Numbered from the whole stretch's first letter, positions 48,457-60,570 are shown. The stretch is DNA of 63,463 nucleotides, filler included, from Asterionella formosa (GCA_002256025.1; 7 parts of 7 records of this genome joined end to end with filler, not necessarily neighbours in it); one strand, 5' to 3'. Notes: a model not told the origin generated them from the letters alone. Translations and numbers: made by a program.

Positions 48457-48722
48457 TGTTGAAATTGCGTCCCGAAGCACTCTATGCTTTCTTGTATCCT
48501 GTAAGGACACGTCAGGGACCAAATAGGCTGTAGATATAACAACGATGTCTCCGTGATCGATTGTAATCGTTCCTAAGAGTTTTAATAGAATTATGGGTTT
48601 TTACTGTTGGCGTAGATTGTTTTCGAATTCTCTGGTACCATATTCTTTCTTGATCCATTCGATTCAATATGTAGTAGGTAATTTATACCGGGATTTTCTT
48701 TCCTAAAATATTTTCTCCAACA
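48457..48722 (-). repeat. 5' LTR (266 bp)
   Basis: Direct repeat of 46889-47154; TATAAA on the minus strand near 48685. Confidence 0.95.
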
Positions 48723-48905
48723 CAAGGGGTCGAATTTTAACAATTAACAGCCAGGTCGATGTCGAATAACAATACTCTTTGACAACATAATCCCTTCTAT
48801 TTAAAGACTGTTTTCTGGACATTGTTGTCTTATGTCTCATAGACGCAGTTGAAGACAGTTGTGCCTATAGCTTGTGGTTTCAACGCTCCTATCATCGTCA
48901 TCAGC

Positions 48906-50356
48906 ATGGTGCAGGTACGAACTCCTCGGCAGCAGGGGAAAACAAGAACCAAGAAGTCGTTGCACTTGTTGCTTCCAATATCAGTTTTGTTTGTAGGTTT
49001 CATTGGTTTCCAATTGTTCTCGAGCGCAGGTTTGCTACAATCGTTTTTTGACCTGTTCGTTACCGGTAATAAAGCGCAACAAGATCCACTTGACATTTCC
49101 ACTCTACGAGCACAAGTGAAAAGATTGGAAGATGCAATTGCTGGCACTAGCACCAGCACTACACCAACAAAAACTATACAGACACTTCCCACCTGTCGAT
49201 CCTTAATGAATGCACCTAATTCTCCAGTAGCTGACGGATCGTTCCTGACAAATAGAGATTCTACACCAAATGTGTGGACCCTTCGAGCAGATGGCTCAAG
49301 GCAATTAAATCTACCCTTTACATGTCAGTTACATCGATATACAGCGTCAGAAGCACGCCAGTGTTTGTCCAAGAAACATGTGTCCTTTATTGGAGATTCA
49401 TTGACTAGATATCAATTCATAAGTTTGGCATATTTCATTGAGAAAGGGAAATATCCACCGAGATTTGGGAAAGAAAAGAATTGTACTCATTTCAATGAGC
49501 AAGGGGAAGCTACATGTTCTCCAAGTTCTGAACCCAATGTGTGTATGGAAGTTGATTGGAAAGATTTTCAAGTATACCATCGTGATTTGGGTGGTGGTAT
49601 AGATGGTGGAACATTTAATGGCAGATTTCAATGTTTATGTGCCAGAAAGGAAGATGACCCGTATGTCCCTGTTGAGAATTTTTTGTATGTATCTGATGAT
49701 GTTGGTGCTTCTGAAGGAGGAAAAGTCAATTGAGTTTCATTTCAGAACTTGGATGGGGATCAAAGCCCAACCTTGTTCGGGGATGGAATTTTACTGATTG
49801 TGCATATAAAGGGAAATGTCGAATGACCAAGGAGGATAATGAGAATCTCATTGGCCGTCAGCGTGCCAAAGACTTTGATTGGAGTGCACCATTGTATCAG
49901 GCATTGAATGAAAACAGTTCTACTAGTTCGCTACACCATATTCTTCCAGACGTGGACATAGTCATGTACAATCGAGGCCTTCGGGGCATGTTGACTGAAG
50001 ACCAAGTCGACACTATCATGCCACTGTTGCATCACTTTGCAGGTGGTGAACGTGGACGTTGTTTCTTCAAAACTACTACAGCCAGCCCTGATAGTAAACG
50101 AGGATTTCGAGACGAGGAGATGAAAACAGTAAGGGATGCAACCATAAAGTCGGGGTGTGGAATCTTTGATGCATCACATCTGACCAAGGATTTCTATGGT
50201 CTTCGTCAAATGCATCCTCAACCACCAAAACAAGAAAATGGCAAACTGTGGAATTATCGAGAATGGAGTAGTGTCTTTTGGGATGCTAATAATTTCACTC
50301 CATGGGTTTATGAGGAATTGAACAATATGTTTTTGAATGTTTTGTGCAATGCTTAG
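48906..50356 (+). pseudogene. Type II membrane SGNH/PC-esterase (TBL-like) protein, frameshifted near 49730
   Basis: N-terminal TM segment and CLSKKHVSFIGDSLTRYQ. The second frame has NRGL and WDANNF at the expected DxxH position. The two ORFs overlap by 4 nt; this may be a sequencing indel. Confidence 0.6.
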
Positions 50357-52039
50357 AAATAGTACTATTATAGACTAACATGGTGTGCAAGTGTGGTTCA
50401 ATATGCCTAGCTGAAGAGTCCATTGATTGCTTCATCAATATTCAAAGGAATTGTTCGCCAATCATCCACTCATCTACCTTGTTCTGCTGTTCTCCCCTTA
50501 TATATGTCACTCTTGCTCCTTGATTCTCTTTTCTCTATTTCCGGTCTTACAATTGCTTGTCCATTTGCTCTTTTCAATTTGGTCTTACCAAAAGGAGAGG
50601 CTGATCTGTTTATGATTTGTATTTTGTTATCCTTATCAAAGTGACAAACAGCAAAAGTGAGTTGTTAGTTATGTATTGCTTGTTTATGCCAGAACAAGCG
50701 CTTTGGTCTCTACATTGACCTACCACTTCTCAATGTATTTTCGACTATTTCTAAAAAAATTGTAAGTCAATTATTGCATTTATACACATCAATATTTTTT
50801 CCAACACTGTCGTTTATACCATTCTTATGCTGTTTTTTCCATTACCCTGAAAGAAGCAGCAATAAGTTTGAGTCATCTAAGTTACATCAGTTGTGAGTTG
50901 ATCCATTCTTTCTGTTTTTTCATGAAAGCACTTACCAACTGTCTTTTGTCCATATCAGTGGTCTCCCACGACTGAATGCAAGCTGATCAGCTGAATCACT
51001 TGAAGAAATAGTAGTCATTGAATTTTTTAAAATCCAACAATCAATCAGCCTGATATTTGCTCTCAATTTGTACCATATAATCCGTTCCCTTTTCAATAGT
51101 CAATCCTTTTCAAGCCTCGATGTGGTTTGCACTATTTTGTTGCATCACTGAATTTTCTGTTGTCATGTTTTCAGATCTTTTATTTCAAAAAGTTTGCCTG
51201 GAAACAATTGTTATAAACAAGATTTCAAATATATCAGATATGCATTCAATTTTCTATTTTTAATCCTTCTCAGCCACAAGGTTTATCACTTCAGTTTTCC
51301 TTGTCATGTGGCTGATGTCATTTCTCATTTCAGGAAATCCAATGCTACCTTATTCAGCTCCTCTCTAGGGGGATAGGTGAGAGATTAGAATACCTCACGA
51401 GGTGGCTGGTTCGATTGCTGAATTCTTCACCTGTCGTTCTTTTATGTAGTCCCTTGGGTTCTGGGGTGTGTGGCTGACAAGGAGACAGGTCCCGTTGTAC
51501 TGTACAGATGAATACAACCAGTACTAATTGTGTCCATTTATTTGTGCATGAGTGCGATTATTGGATAGCTTTAACATACTATAAGATTTGATTGATAATT
51601 TTTTTAGTTCCTCTCTACTCCAAAGATCTTTGAATGTGCCCTGTCATGCCCCTTTCCCCTCGGTAGAGACTCCAAATGCATATCAGATGTTACCTTGAAC
51701 TGCAGGATTGCCATGATAAATTATGCATATTTTCAATTGAAAATTCTTTATTGTCACTGTAGATCCTCCGTAAATCTTGTCCATAACAACAACAGCAAAA
51801 GTTCGTTGCAGCTCCTTCTGCCATGCGGAGGGAGAAAGAGCTTTCTTTGTTGGAAGGGGAGCTGGCGCCAAGATGGTAAGTGACAATCAGCAAGCAAATG
51901 AAGGATTTTGTGATGGTGTTGTAGCTGCTGTGTCTGCATATTTTCCAGTATATATATAGCTGTGTGTATGAACAGACTGTTTGATCGGTTTTATTGTCCT
52001 ATGCAGTTACAGTAACAATGAGAAGGAACGACTTGTTAT

Positions 52040-52948
52040 CAATGCAAGTGATGCATAAGTCTGTAATAGTAAATTGTCAGTAAATTCTTGAATAAGCAAG
52101 TTTCAGGTTTCCAATGGTGTTGTTGAATAAAACTTACCGATTCATTTTCGTTAGCTTAACTTTGAGAGAAGGTAAAGTGGCGTGTCTGTCAGTTATGTTC
52201 CATCAGAAGTGAATAGGTCCAATGACAAGAGCACTCACTAATTTTGTTTTGTTTTACATTGGTGCTCCCCAACAAGCGAAACAAGCTGTTGAATCAACTG
52301 AGAAAAAAGGAAATGTGCATTTAGTTTACAATTTGTTGTTGTCCTGCCTCCCAACGATTTTCATCCAAGTACCACATTGATGGCTTCATTACCTTAAACA
52401 TACTCCATACTTCGAAGGCGCAATGTGTCGAAGCCACAACGTTTTTCGTTATGTATTGCGTAAACTTTCCTTTCTTGTCAAGTGCTTTACTACGATATTT
52501 CTTTTCATGAAGCAGGCATTATTTTTTAACATGACAGAACGATTTCAAATATATTTGGCATATATATAGTTATAAAACTTGTAAATGTATAAATGTATCA
52601 AGTGTCGTACATTTATAAAAATCAAAGGCACGCACTCTCAATATGGAACATCTGGTATTGTTGAGATGATCATATTTGCATATAGATAATTCGAAAATAC
52701 TCAATGCACGGTATGTCCATTGTTTTCCACGATTTTGTGTACCGGTACTGTTTTTTTGAAATTTGTTTGCATCAATATTTTCTACATCCGTTGGAACTAA
52801 TTATTTAGACCATTCAATTGGTTTACTAAGTCATAACCCATTTGTATCATTATTTATATGCAAGGATTTTGGTAGCAAATTGTTTAAGCCCCTTTTTCTG
52901 GCGGAAATTCTTCATGGGTACAGGTACATCATATGGCAATAACATTTT

Positions 52949-52988
<40 letters not shown>

Positions 52989-53395
52989 GTACCAGTAGCA
53001 GGTAGGAAGTGATATACTGGGGGTACCAGGTAGTCAGAGTACCAGGTAGTAAGCAAGCAACAGAACACCATATGTTCATGACTGTTGCTACTGCAGTGGG
53101 ACAGTAAATCATCATAGTTTTAGGATCGTATGATCATAAAATCAGAGTGAGGACTGGAGAGGATGATGAGCCAAATTACATTACTTTAGCTGGTACATTA
53201 TCCTACCAAGAAATTCGAATACAGGAATCTAATAGAAACAATATATATAATTAAATATATGTAGTCAAAAGGGTTACTATTTAAATTACAAGGGCATTTA
53301 TCAAAATTATTAGATGATATAACGAAAAATTATGATCAGATGATCACAATCCTATGATGCATCATGGAAATATGATAGTTTTTATTTGCAGATGA
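52040..53395. mobile_element. Short derivative made of the flanks of the 10256-17622 element
   Basis: 52042-52200 = 17445-17622 (direct); 52258-52720 = 16840-17305 (inverted); 53145-53395 = 10256-10510 (inverted); (TA)n at ~52953-52983. Confidence 0.65.
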
Positions 53396-54553
53396 TCTAA
53401 AGTGGTTATCATTGAAAGTCAATATTATTAAATCTAGTACATCTGGTGGAATGTTTCGAAAATGTCATCGTCACATAGGGGCAATATTTTGTTCTTATAT
53501 ATTTTCTTTTTTATATTTTATTAGCCTATATAAAACCACCTTTATACTCAAATTCACCAGCATCCATCATACTTTTGCCTGATCAGCGATTTGGATGGGT
53601 GAGAAACACCAGCCAACGCATTAATTTAGTTGCCGCATCATCAGTAGTATCAAGAACAACAAAAAATCATCGCTGTGTGTAATCCCAACATGCCTACTCC
53701 ATCCAATCTTTGACACTAAGCAATATCTGTTGGGAGGATAGAGCTTTGGTGGAGGCCTGCTTGTCAGAAATGCAAAGATTGCTGAGGAGAAGGTAAGAAA
53801 ATTAGGGCTGATTTCAGAGTTATCAGAATCCTTGGCGCCTTCATTGTTGATTGTCAAATGTCATTGCTAGAATGTCCTCTAATGATATGAATGTCTACTT
53901 TCATAAACCTCCCGAAGTAGGCCCAGTTTGAGATTTACTTTATTATCAATACATACAGAAAGGCATGAATAAAAAATAATCTTGGCAATGGGGTCTTGGG
54001 TGTATCTTTGATCCATCATCATGTTTGGAGACTGGAGTGATTTGGGATTCCTGTATAGGAAGGAGGCTGCTAAGTGCAGGTGCATACACTTGCAAGCAAA
54101 TTTTCCTGCTGTTCCTTTGAGGTGTCCAGCCAGCCATATCCAGAAATCCTCTTGTTAGGAGGACACCATTTGTTAGGAGGACAAACTATTCACTCTATTT
54201 ATTTGTAGAAATTGAATTAACAAATATAGACTTTAAAGTGTTAATCAATGCATCTACTGCTCCTTGATTCACAACAGTAGCTGTATTGTTTGTTTTCATT
54301 GGCAAGCTTGATTCACAACAGTAGCTGTATGTTTGTTTTCATTGGCAAGAGCAACCACATGATGATGGACCTATCAATTTGTTGCAACGNNNNNNNNNNN
54401 NNNNNNNNNNNNNNNNNNNNNNNNNNNNNNNNNTTAATTAATTAANNNNNNNNNNNNNNNNNNNNNNNNNNNNNNNNNNNNNNNNNNNNATTTTGGGAGA
54501 AACTCGTCTCCTTTTGGTAAAGAACTGAAGTTCAATGTACCCAGAAAGGGAGG

Positions 54554-57307
54554 CTACAAATCAAAATCTTCATGCATGTGCTTCAACACATCAGTGAAGC
54601 AAGCCGCCAAAATATCATAATTTCGCGTGGTTTCTTTGTGCTCGACACCAAAGGCTTCAATTACACTTGTTGAGTACTTCAATCCAGTCTTTCGGGATGT
54701 TCCAACATTGTGAAAGCGAACCATTTCAGGCTTATATTTGGTCCCTCCTGGGTGACTGGTACCAGTGTCCCCATCTTCACCTTTCTTCCTTGACTCGTCA
54801 GCCAGTACCACCTTGATCGGCGGTGGCGCCCCTGATATCCATTTTGTGGCTCCCTTTGGTCTGTGACTCACGTCGACATCGTCGCTCAGTGTGTGAGTCA
54901 ATGGATTCCTCTTGTCTTCAGAATACCTCTTGGCGCGGATTGCATGGAGCAACCAAGTATGGGCCCAAGACAGCGATAGATACGGAATGGTTCCATCACC
55001 ACTATGCATCAGCTTTCCCTTGCCATCTTTCGTTTTGAGTGCCTCGCGTTTCACTTTCTTCTTAACAATGGCGTCCACGAGTTTGCCTCGGGCTTGGTCG
55101 ATCTTCTCCTCCGTCAACGCCCCGCCTGCTTCCTCCCAAATTACTTTTTCTAACACAGGTACTCCGTCAAACTCGGCTGCTTCGGCGTCGACAATGTACT
55201 TCTTCCTGTACGCGTAGCCAGCTTCCGTGGGGATGTCCACTCCGTACGCCATGATGATATTCTTGATGTGCGGTCGATCCCATGTCTGGTTGAGGATATT
55301 GGGAACACGAGTGGTCCACCAAGATTCTGCTAGTTGTTCCTTTTTGATAATTAGTTGTTTCCGTTCCTCCTTCCATATCCGACTAAAGTGAGAAAAAAGG
55401 TCGCCAGTTTGAGCATCCTTGGGGCCCAAATTCAATTTGACTCGCGATGCGCACGGCTCCTTTTCTTTCACTTCACACTTCTCTTGGACGATCCCAATCA
55501 TCGGAAAGTCAGAATCCCAATCAACTCGATCTTTCAACAAGGTACGAAGTTGGGGGAAATTCTCCCAAGGATCTTCGTCGGGACGAATGTTTTCAATTTC
55601 TCGTACCAAATCATCCAAACATTCCAAATCTCTTCGAGGTTTCCTTTCATCCTCCAATGAGTCCCAATTATCCCAATTGTCGCAAAATGCCATCTTGGAG
55701 GAAATGGGGTTGACAGTGTGTGTAGAGCCGAACGTAAGTTCCATGTTTCGAGCAACTTCGTCTGAAATTGGAAGGCCCATGTTTTCACCACTAATCACAG
55801 CACGCAGAGGATTAACGGCGCCCAACAATGGTGCAGACAATCCAACGTAGGTCCACACATGCTCTTCTAGCCACCCAATATAATTCTCATCACCCTGGAT
55901 CTGAGCCAGCTCCCACAGTTGGGCATGGCGCCCTTTCTTTTTGCCGGTTTCATCTATCTCTTCTTCGTCATGTCCAATGTAGGTATGAAATATCTCATCC
56001 AATCCAGACGTTGCTCCTCCCTTTCCCCATCCACTTGTGGATGAATCCGCGTCCATAAAAACTGTCGTTGAAGCCGCGGCCGCCCCGTTTTGTATCTTTT
56101 GGCGAGATTTGTTGGCCCGTCGTTCTGCACTTTTAATAATTTTTGCGTAAACTTCTTCTCGCATCTCTTGTCGTAGCCATTCTAAAAAGTAACGAAAGAC
56201 CGTATTCCCCATACTGTGTGCCACCATAATTCCTGGTGCGCCATTTGATTTCACGGCTGCTTCAATTCGGCGCCTCGTCAAGGTGAGAAATCCATCTCGC
56301 TTTTCCATCACATCTGGACTCAATCTCCAATCGTACGGCAGTCCAATAATATTTGTCACATCATATCCAAGATTATCTGCCAACCATTGAATCAACCATG
56401 CATACACTGTATTGGTCCCCCCGACCAAGAGGGTGCTGCCCAAACTCCCCGGTGCCAGACTCGAAATGGCATCCAACCCTTCGTCTGGTCTCAGTTTACA
56501 ACCCGTCTCAACATCATCTGTATCTGTTTGATTCCTCCCCAACATCATACACTCTTGCCAACACGCCGCATCGAGAGTTCCCATTTGTACCAATAGATTA
56601 ATATTCAACCACACATAGTCTTGTACTTTAATATCACTCAATAAGGGGTGCATTGGACATGATTTGAACCTCCATGCGACTAGTCGAGTACTGGCCAATC
56701 CTGGCATTAAGAAAATAGGTGGTCGGGTCCCTCCTTTTCGAAGTTTGTCTCGCATTCGTAGTATGTTTGGGTCGGATCCCCAATGCTTGTCAACGACTGT
56801 GGTGGGGCATGATTTTTGTTGTTGCTGTTCTTGCTGTTGTTGCAAGGAAGGATCTGTACCACCATAGGCACATGAGGCATCCATAATAAGTTCTGTTTCC
56901 ATTGTTGAATCTGGTGGAGCATAGCAGTCATCATCTACCCCACTACAAGAAGGGTCTGATTGAATTGGATCAAACATGCCATCATCGTGCTGATCAATGT
57001 TAGTAGTAGTAGTAGTAATACGACGATGATGCTGATTGCCCATAACTTTAGTGTCGAGTGATTCTTCTTGTTCTTGTTGTTGCATTGCACCTGTTGTTGC
57101 GGATAGCAACATGTTGTTGTTGGCATTGATACTGTCGTGTTCATCAAGATCTAACGCAAGGTTGTTCTTGTTGTTGAGCCCTTGCACATCTTGGGGAGAT
57201 ACATAATGTACATTTGTTTGTAATACCGGAACTACTATTAATAATGTATAATAACGAGTCAGAAGAAGGAACAGAGACGACAAATAGGGTGTTGAATGTA
57301 TTCTCAT
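54554..57307 (-). CDS. LCAT-family acyltransferase, closest to phospholipid:sterol acyltransferase (PSAT)
   Basis: PGLASTRLVAW..CP, CKLRPDEGLDAISSLAPG, PYDWRLSP..EKRD, AHSMGNTVFRYFLEWLR, MAYGVDIPTE.GY, SGDGTIPYLSLSW, EH; N-terminal hydrophobic segment. Confidence 0.88.
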   Translation of the reverse strand: MRIHSTPYLSSLFLLLTRYYTLLIVVPVLQTNVHYVSPQDVQGLNNKNNLALDLDEHDSINANNNMLLSATTGAMQQQEQEESLDTKVMGNQHHRRITTTTTNIDQHDDGMFDPIQSDPSCSGVDDDCYAPPDSTMETELIMDASCAYGGTDPSLQQQQEQQQQKSCPTTVVDKHWGSDPNILRMRDKLRKGGTRPPIFLMPGLASTRLVAWRFKSCPMHPLLSDIKVQDYVWLNINLLVQMGTLDAACWQECMMLGRNQTDTDDVETGCKLRPDEGLDAISSLAPGSLGSTLLVGGTNTVYAWLIQWLADNLGYDVTNIIGLPYDWRLSPDVMEKRDGFLTLTRRRIEAAVKSNGAPGIMVAHSMGNTVFRYFLEWLRQEMREEVYAKIIKSAERRANKSRQKIQNGAAAASTTVFMDADSSTSGWGKGGATSGLDEIFHTYIGHDEEEIDETGKKKGRHAQLWELAQIQGDENYIGWLEEHVWTYVGLSAPLLGAVNPLRAVISGENMGLPISDEVARNMELTFGSTHTVNPISSKMAFCDNWDNWDSLEDERKPRRDLECLDDLVREIENIRPDEDPWENFPQLRTLLKDRVDWDSDFPMIGIVQEKCEVKEKEPCASRVKLNLGPKDAQTGDLFSHFSRIWKEERKQLIIKKEQLAESWWTTRVPNILNQTWDRPHIKNIIMAYGVDIPTEAGYAYRKKYIVDAEAAEFDGVPVLEKVIWEEAGGALTEEKIDQARGKLVDAIVKKKVKREALKTKDGKGKLMHSGDGTIPYLSLSWAHTWLLHAIRAKRYSEDKRNPLTHTLSDDVDVSHRPKGATKWISGAPPPIKVVLADESRKKGEDGDTGTSHPGGTKYKPEMVRFHNVGTSRKTGLKYSTSVIEAFGVEHKETTRNYDILAACFTDVLKHMHEDFDL

Positions 57308-58135
57308 GATCGATTGCAACGAGAGGAGTGGCGCAGTTTTGCCAAAATATGTAAAATGGAACTATACCGGTATAGTCTACCATGTTCTTAGTTAAGTGTC
57401 AGGTTGAGATGGGTGGGTGAGTGAAGCAAGTGGTGACAGAATCTATACAACGTACTTTGCAGAGTATACCGGTATGTTATCATATATAGCTACTACCGGT
57501 AGTCGTGTGAGTGGTTTAAAAATACAAAGGTCAGCTACCGGTACTGGTACCGGTATATAGGAGTGTATAGTATGAAACATTGGATGATGATGGGAGGAGC
57601 GATGGATGGACCTCCTTCCTGATGGTACCTGGCTGATGATGCTGATCGTAGTTTTCGAGGTACCAGTACTGGTACTGTTGAGAAAAACCGATAATGACGT
57701 TGAGTTGTGCGAGTTCAGGAAAACAAGCCAGAAAGACAAAGTACCAGGTACCCTGGTACTCCGTACCTGGTTAAGGAGCCGTTTTGTGTCAGCGGAGAGG
57801 ACGACGAATGAAGAAGTCTGTCGAGAGCGAGGAGTATCGAAAGCAGTACCGGTACCGGTACATAGGTAAAAGTAGCTACATTCGCCTATTTGTGTATGAT
57901 AACAAGGAGAGAGGAGGAAGCAAGAGCTACCTCTTGGGTATACGAAGCCAATAAATGCATTGCTAACAAATACCAGCATGTACCTGGTATGGTGGTACCA
58001 GTACCAAAACCATAAGGTAAACATGTGTTAGGGACAACAACTGGTCTTTTGCATGGCTGATGTCATATCGTGACTTTTTGCAATTGAAAAAGAAAACATT
58101 TACAAATGTATACTTTCACCATTCCCACAACCGCG

Positions 58136-58207
58136 GCTCGTGTGGCGCAGTGGCAACGCATTTCACTTGTAATGAAAAGATCCCCGGTTCGAACCCGGGC
58201 CCGAGCT
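58136..58207 (+). tRNA. trnT-UGU: tRNA-Thr (anticodon TGT)
   Basis: Cloverleaf: acceptor GCTCGTG/CCCGAGC (one mismatch), D-loop AGTGG, anticodon arm TTTCA-CTTGTAA-TGAAA, T arm CCCGG-TTCGAAC-CCGGG, followed by TTTT. Confidence 0.93.
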
Positions 58208-58615
58208 CTTCTTTTGCTCATTTATCATTTTTTAAATACTTGAATTTCCTTTTTGCATGTACCTGGTACCAATAGTCAAAGTACCAGTACCCTTCGTATT
58301 GCTTGTAAATGGTAGACAACAATCTACTGGTATACCAGTACTTTGTTAGCAAAGCATCAATCAAGTTAAATAGGCTACCAGTATAGATGGTCTGCAAAGA
58401 CTAATAATACTTGATGCTTAATGGACATGCCCTTTTGCTACATGCTTTTCAACTTTTGACTTGCTTCTATTAATATTTCACTCCTTACCTTTAATTGCAG
58501 AATTGCTTAATTCCTGGCAATGTCATTATATAATATTTATACTACTTGAAACCTCCTCATGAAGTCATCAATCCCTAATTTTTGTTTTGTCACTTCTCTT
58601 GATGTAGTAGGTACT

Positions 58616-60056
58616 TCATTCCAAGTCCACCTTGTCCACAGCACCATTATTGTCCTGGTTTGTTTGCTGTTGTTGATATGCAGTCCCATCCAACCACGAT
58701 TCCAAATTATCAACATTGCAACCATTTTTTCCAAATTCTCCAACCACATGAGAAAAGGTTGTACAAAATTCTGCTGCTGATGTATAAGATGAGGTTGGGT
58801 ACACTTGACATGAAATCTTACGCCCTGTTGGTTCCATTCCATGCAATGGGTGCCACAAGGTGTGTACCCCATGGAGTGCCATCATACCAATAGGACGTTT
58901 GGACAATTTGGCCAAGGTAAAGGCTCCTGAAAAGACTGGTAGTAATCCTTTTTCTGGAGTAGGATTCAATTGTCCTTCAGGTAATAAGGCAACATCAAAT
59001 CCATCATCAAAGGCTTGTTTGGTTTGTTGCAAAAGAAATTTAAAGGATGCTCGATCATAATCATTGGCAACGCCATGACCATTGGCAGCCATTTGAACAG
59101 GAATAAAGCCAGATTGACGAAACAATAGTTTGGTAATGGGATTGTCTTCCAATTGTTTCCACTTGGTGTGTCAATGAATGGTAGTACATGTATTATATAG
59201 ATATAATAATAATGAGTTGAGTTGATGAGTAAGTTGTTTTTTGACGACTTGTCCAACTGCGTGAATCACAACCCAATGCAACAAACCATTTATATTCATG
59301 TGCACACACACATTATAACTTACATAAACAATTTTAATAGGTCGTTTGTTCTTACCACGTAATTTCCTATCCATGGCCAACAATACAAACACATCCAACA
59401 TACTGGTATGGTTACATACCCAAATGGATGGTTTGGGTAGATTTGGTTCAAAATGAGGGAAACACGTAATGTCACAAAATGGAAACAATCGCAACATCCA
59501 AATGGCACATGTTTGTCCAGTCCATAATGCCATGGTTTCTGATTGAACTCGATCAATGAGTCGGAATTTTAACAACAATCGTTGTGGCAATAACGTCAAT
59601 GGCAATGTAATACACATGCCAAGGATAAATGCCATCATGCCGTACTATAATAAATATAAAGTAGTGAGTGAGTGAGAAGGTTTGTAAACATGTTATTTAA
59701 ATAAATTCAAGCGACAGTCATCCTACCTTCGTTAGTATTGTTCGCACTTTTCCCATTTTGGGAGCAGCATTTGGAAATTCAAATGTATCACCATTAGTAT
59801 TATCAGTAGTTGCATCAACAGAGGCCACTGATGACGATGACAATTGAAGCAATGATTGTGCGGTATAGAAAAGAGGCGATTTCTTGTTGTGGCTCCCTGA
59901 CACGGCGGGTGATGAGGAGAAACATGGACGAGGTGTAAATGCTGTCACTGATACTGATGACGAATCATTAAGTGATGGTGTCGTAGTAGTAATAAATAAG
60001 AGCCAACCAACAAAAGTAGTATGGATCCAACTCTTCATCATTGTTTTTGGAATCAT
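58616..60056 (-). CDS. 1-acyl-sn-glycerol-3-phosphate acyltransferase (LPAAT/PlsC family), probably plastid-targeted; exons 60056-59727, 59644-59324, 59161-58616
   Basis: Signal peptide plus VTAFTP; NHTSMLD motif, GFIPV, LPEG, FSGAF.LA; two phase-0 GT-AG introns. Confidence 0.88.
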
Positions 60057-60570
60057 GGCGAGAGTTGAGAGTTGCGAGTCGATTGAGGATATTTTTTGCG
60101 GTAGAAAACAGATTGTTCTTTCTTTTCGGCTGTCCTGTGTCGTTGTGTTTTTTTTTCTCAAAACAAAAAGCAAACAAAAGCAAGCTTTGTTGTGTGATCG
60201 TCGGTATATTCAACGATGACTATTAATTTATACAGATGATACCGGTATATTTTGTATGCGTTGAAAATGGATTCACATGACGATGAATTGCTTGATGGAA
60301 AAATGGTCAAGTGCGTATGCATCTCCAATTAAGGCTTGAGCTATCTTTATCCCAGATTAAAATTTTAGTTTAAGGTTCCTGCATTTCAACCCTAGTTTAG
60401 AGGTAGGGTTAAAAATATAACATTGAGTCAGAGTACTCAAACACACACTTCTTACGACTAAAACATAAATGTGTATCGCTAAACGGAGCTTTCACCAATA
60501 TACACTCTTTCCATTTGCTTAGATACAGTCATTGACAAAAGTAGGGGCACAGGTCAACGCTATATATTGT

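Larger units (their letters stand above)
46889..48722 (-). mobile_element. Non-autonomous Ty1/Copia (CoDi-like) LTR retrotransposon, gag-only (TR-GAG-like), 1834 bp
   Basis: Two 266-bp TGTTG...CAACA LTRs, a gag ORF, the RNase H C-terminal remnant and a purine tract GCAGGAGTG before the 3' LTR. Protease, integrase and RT are absent. Confidence 0.92.

Noticed and set aside
49731..49733. TGA read-through as selenocysteine
   Set aside because: The same frame closes again after about 30 codons; the protein continues in another frame, which indicates a frameshift.
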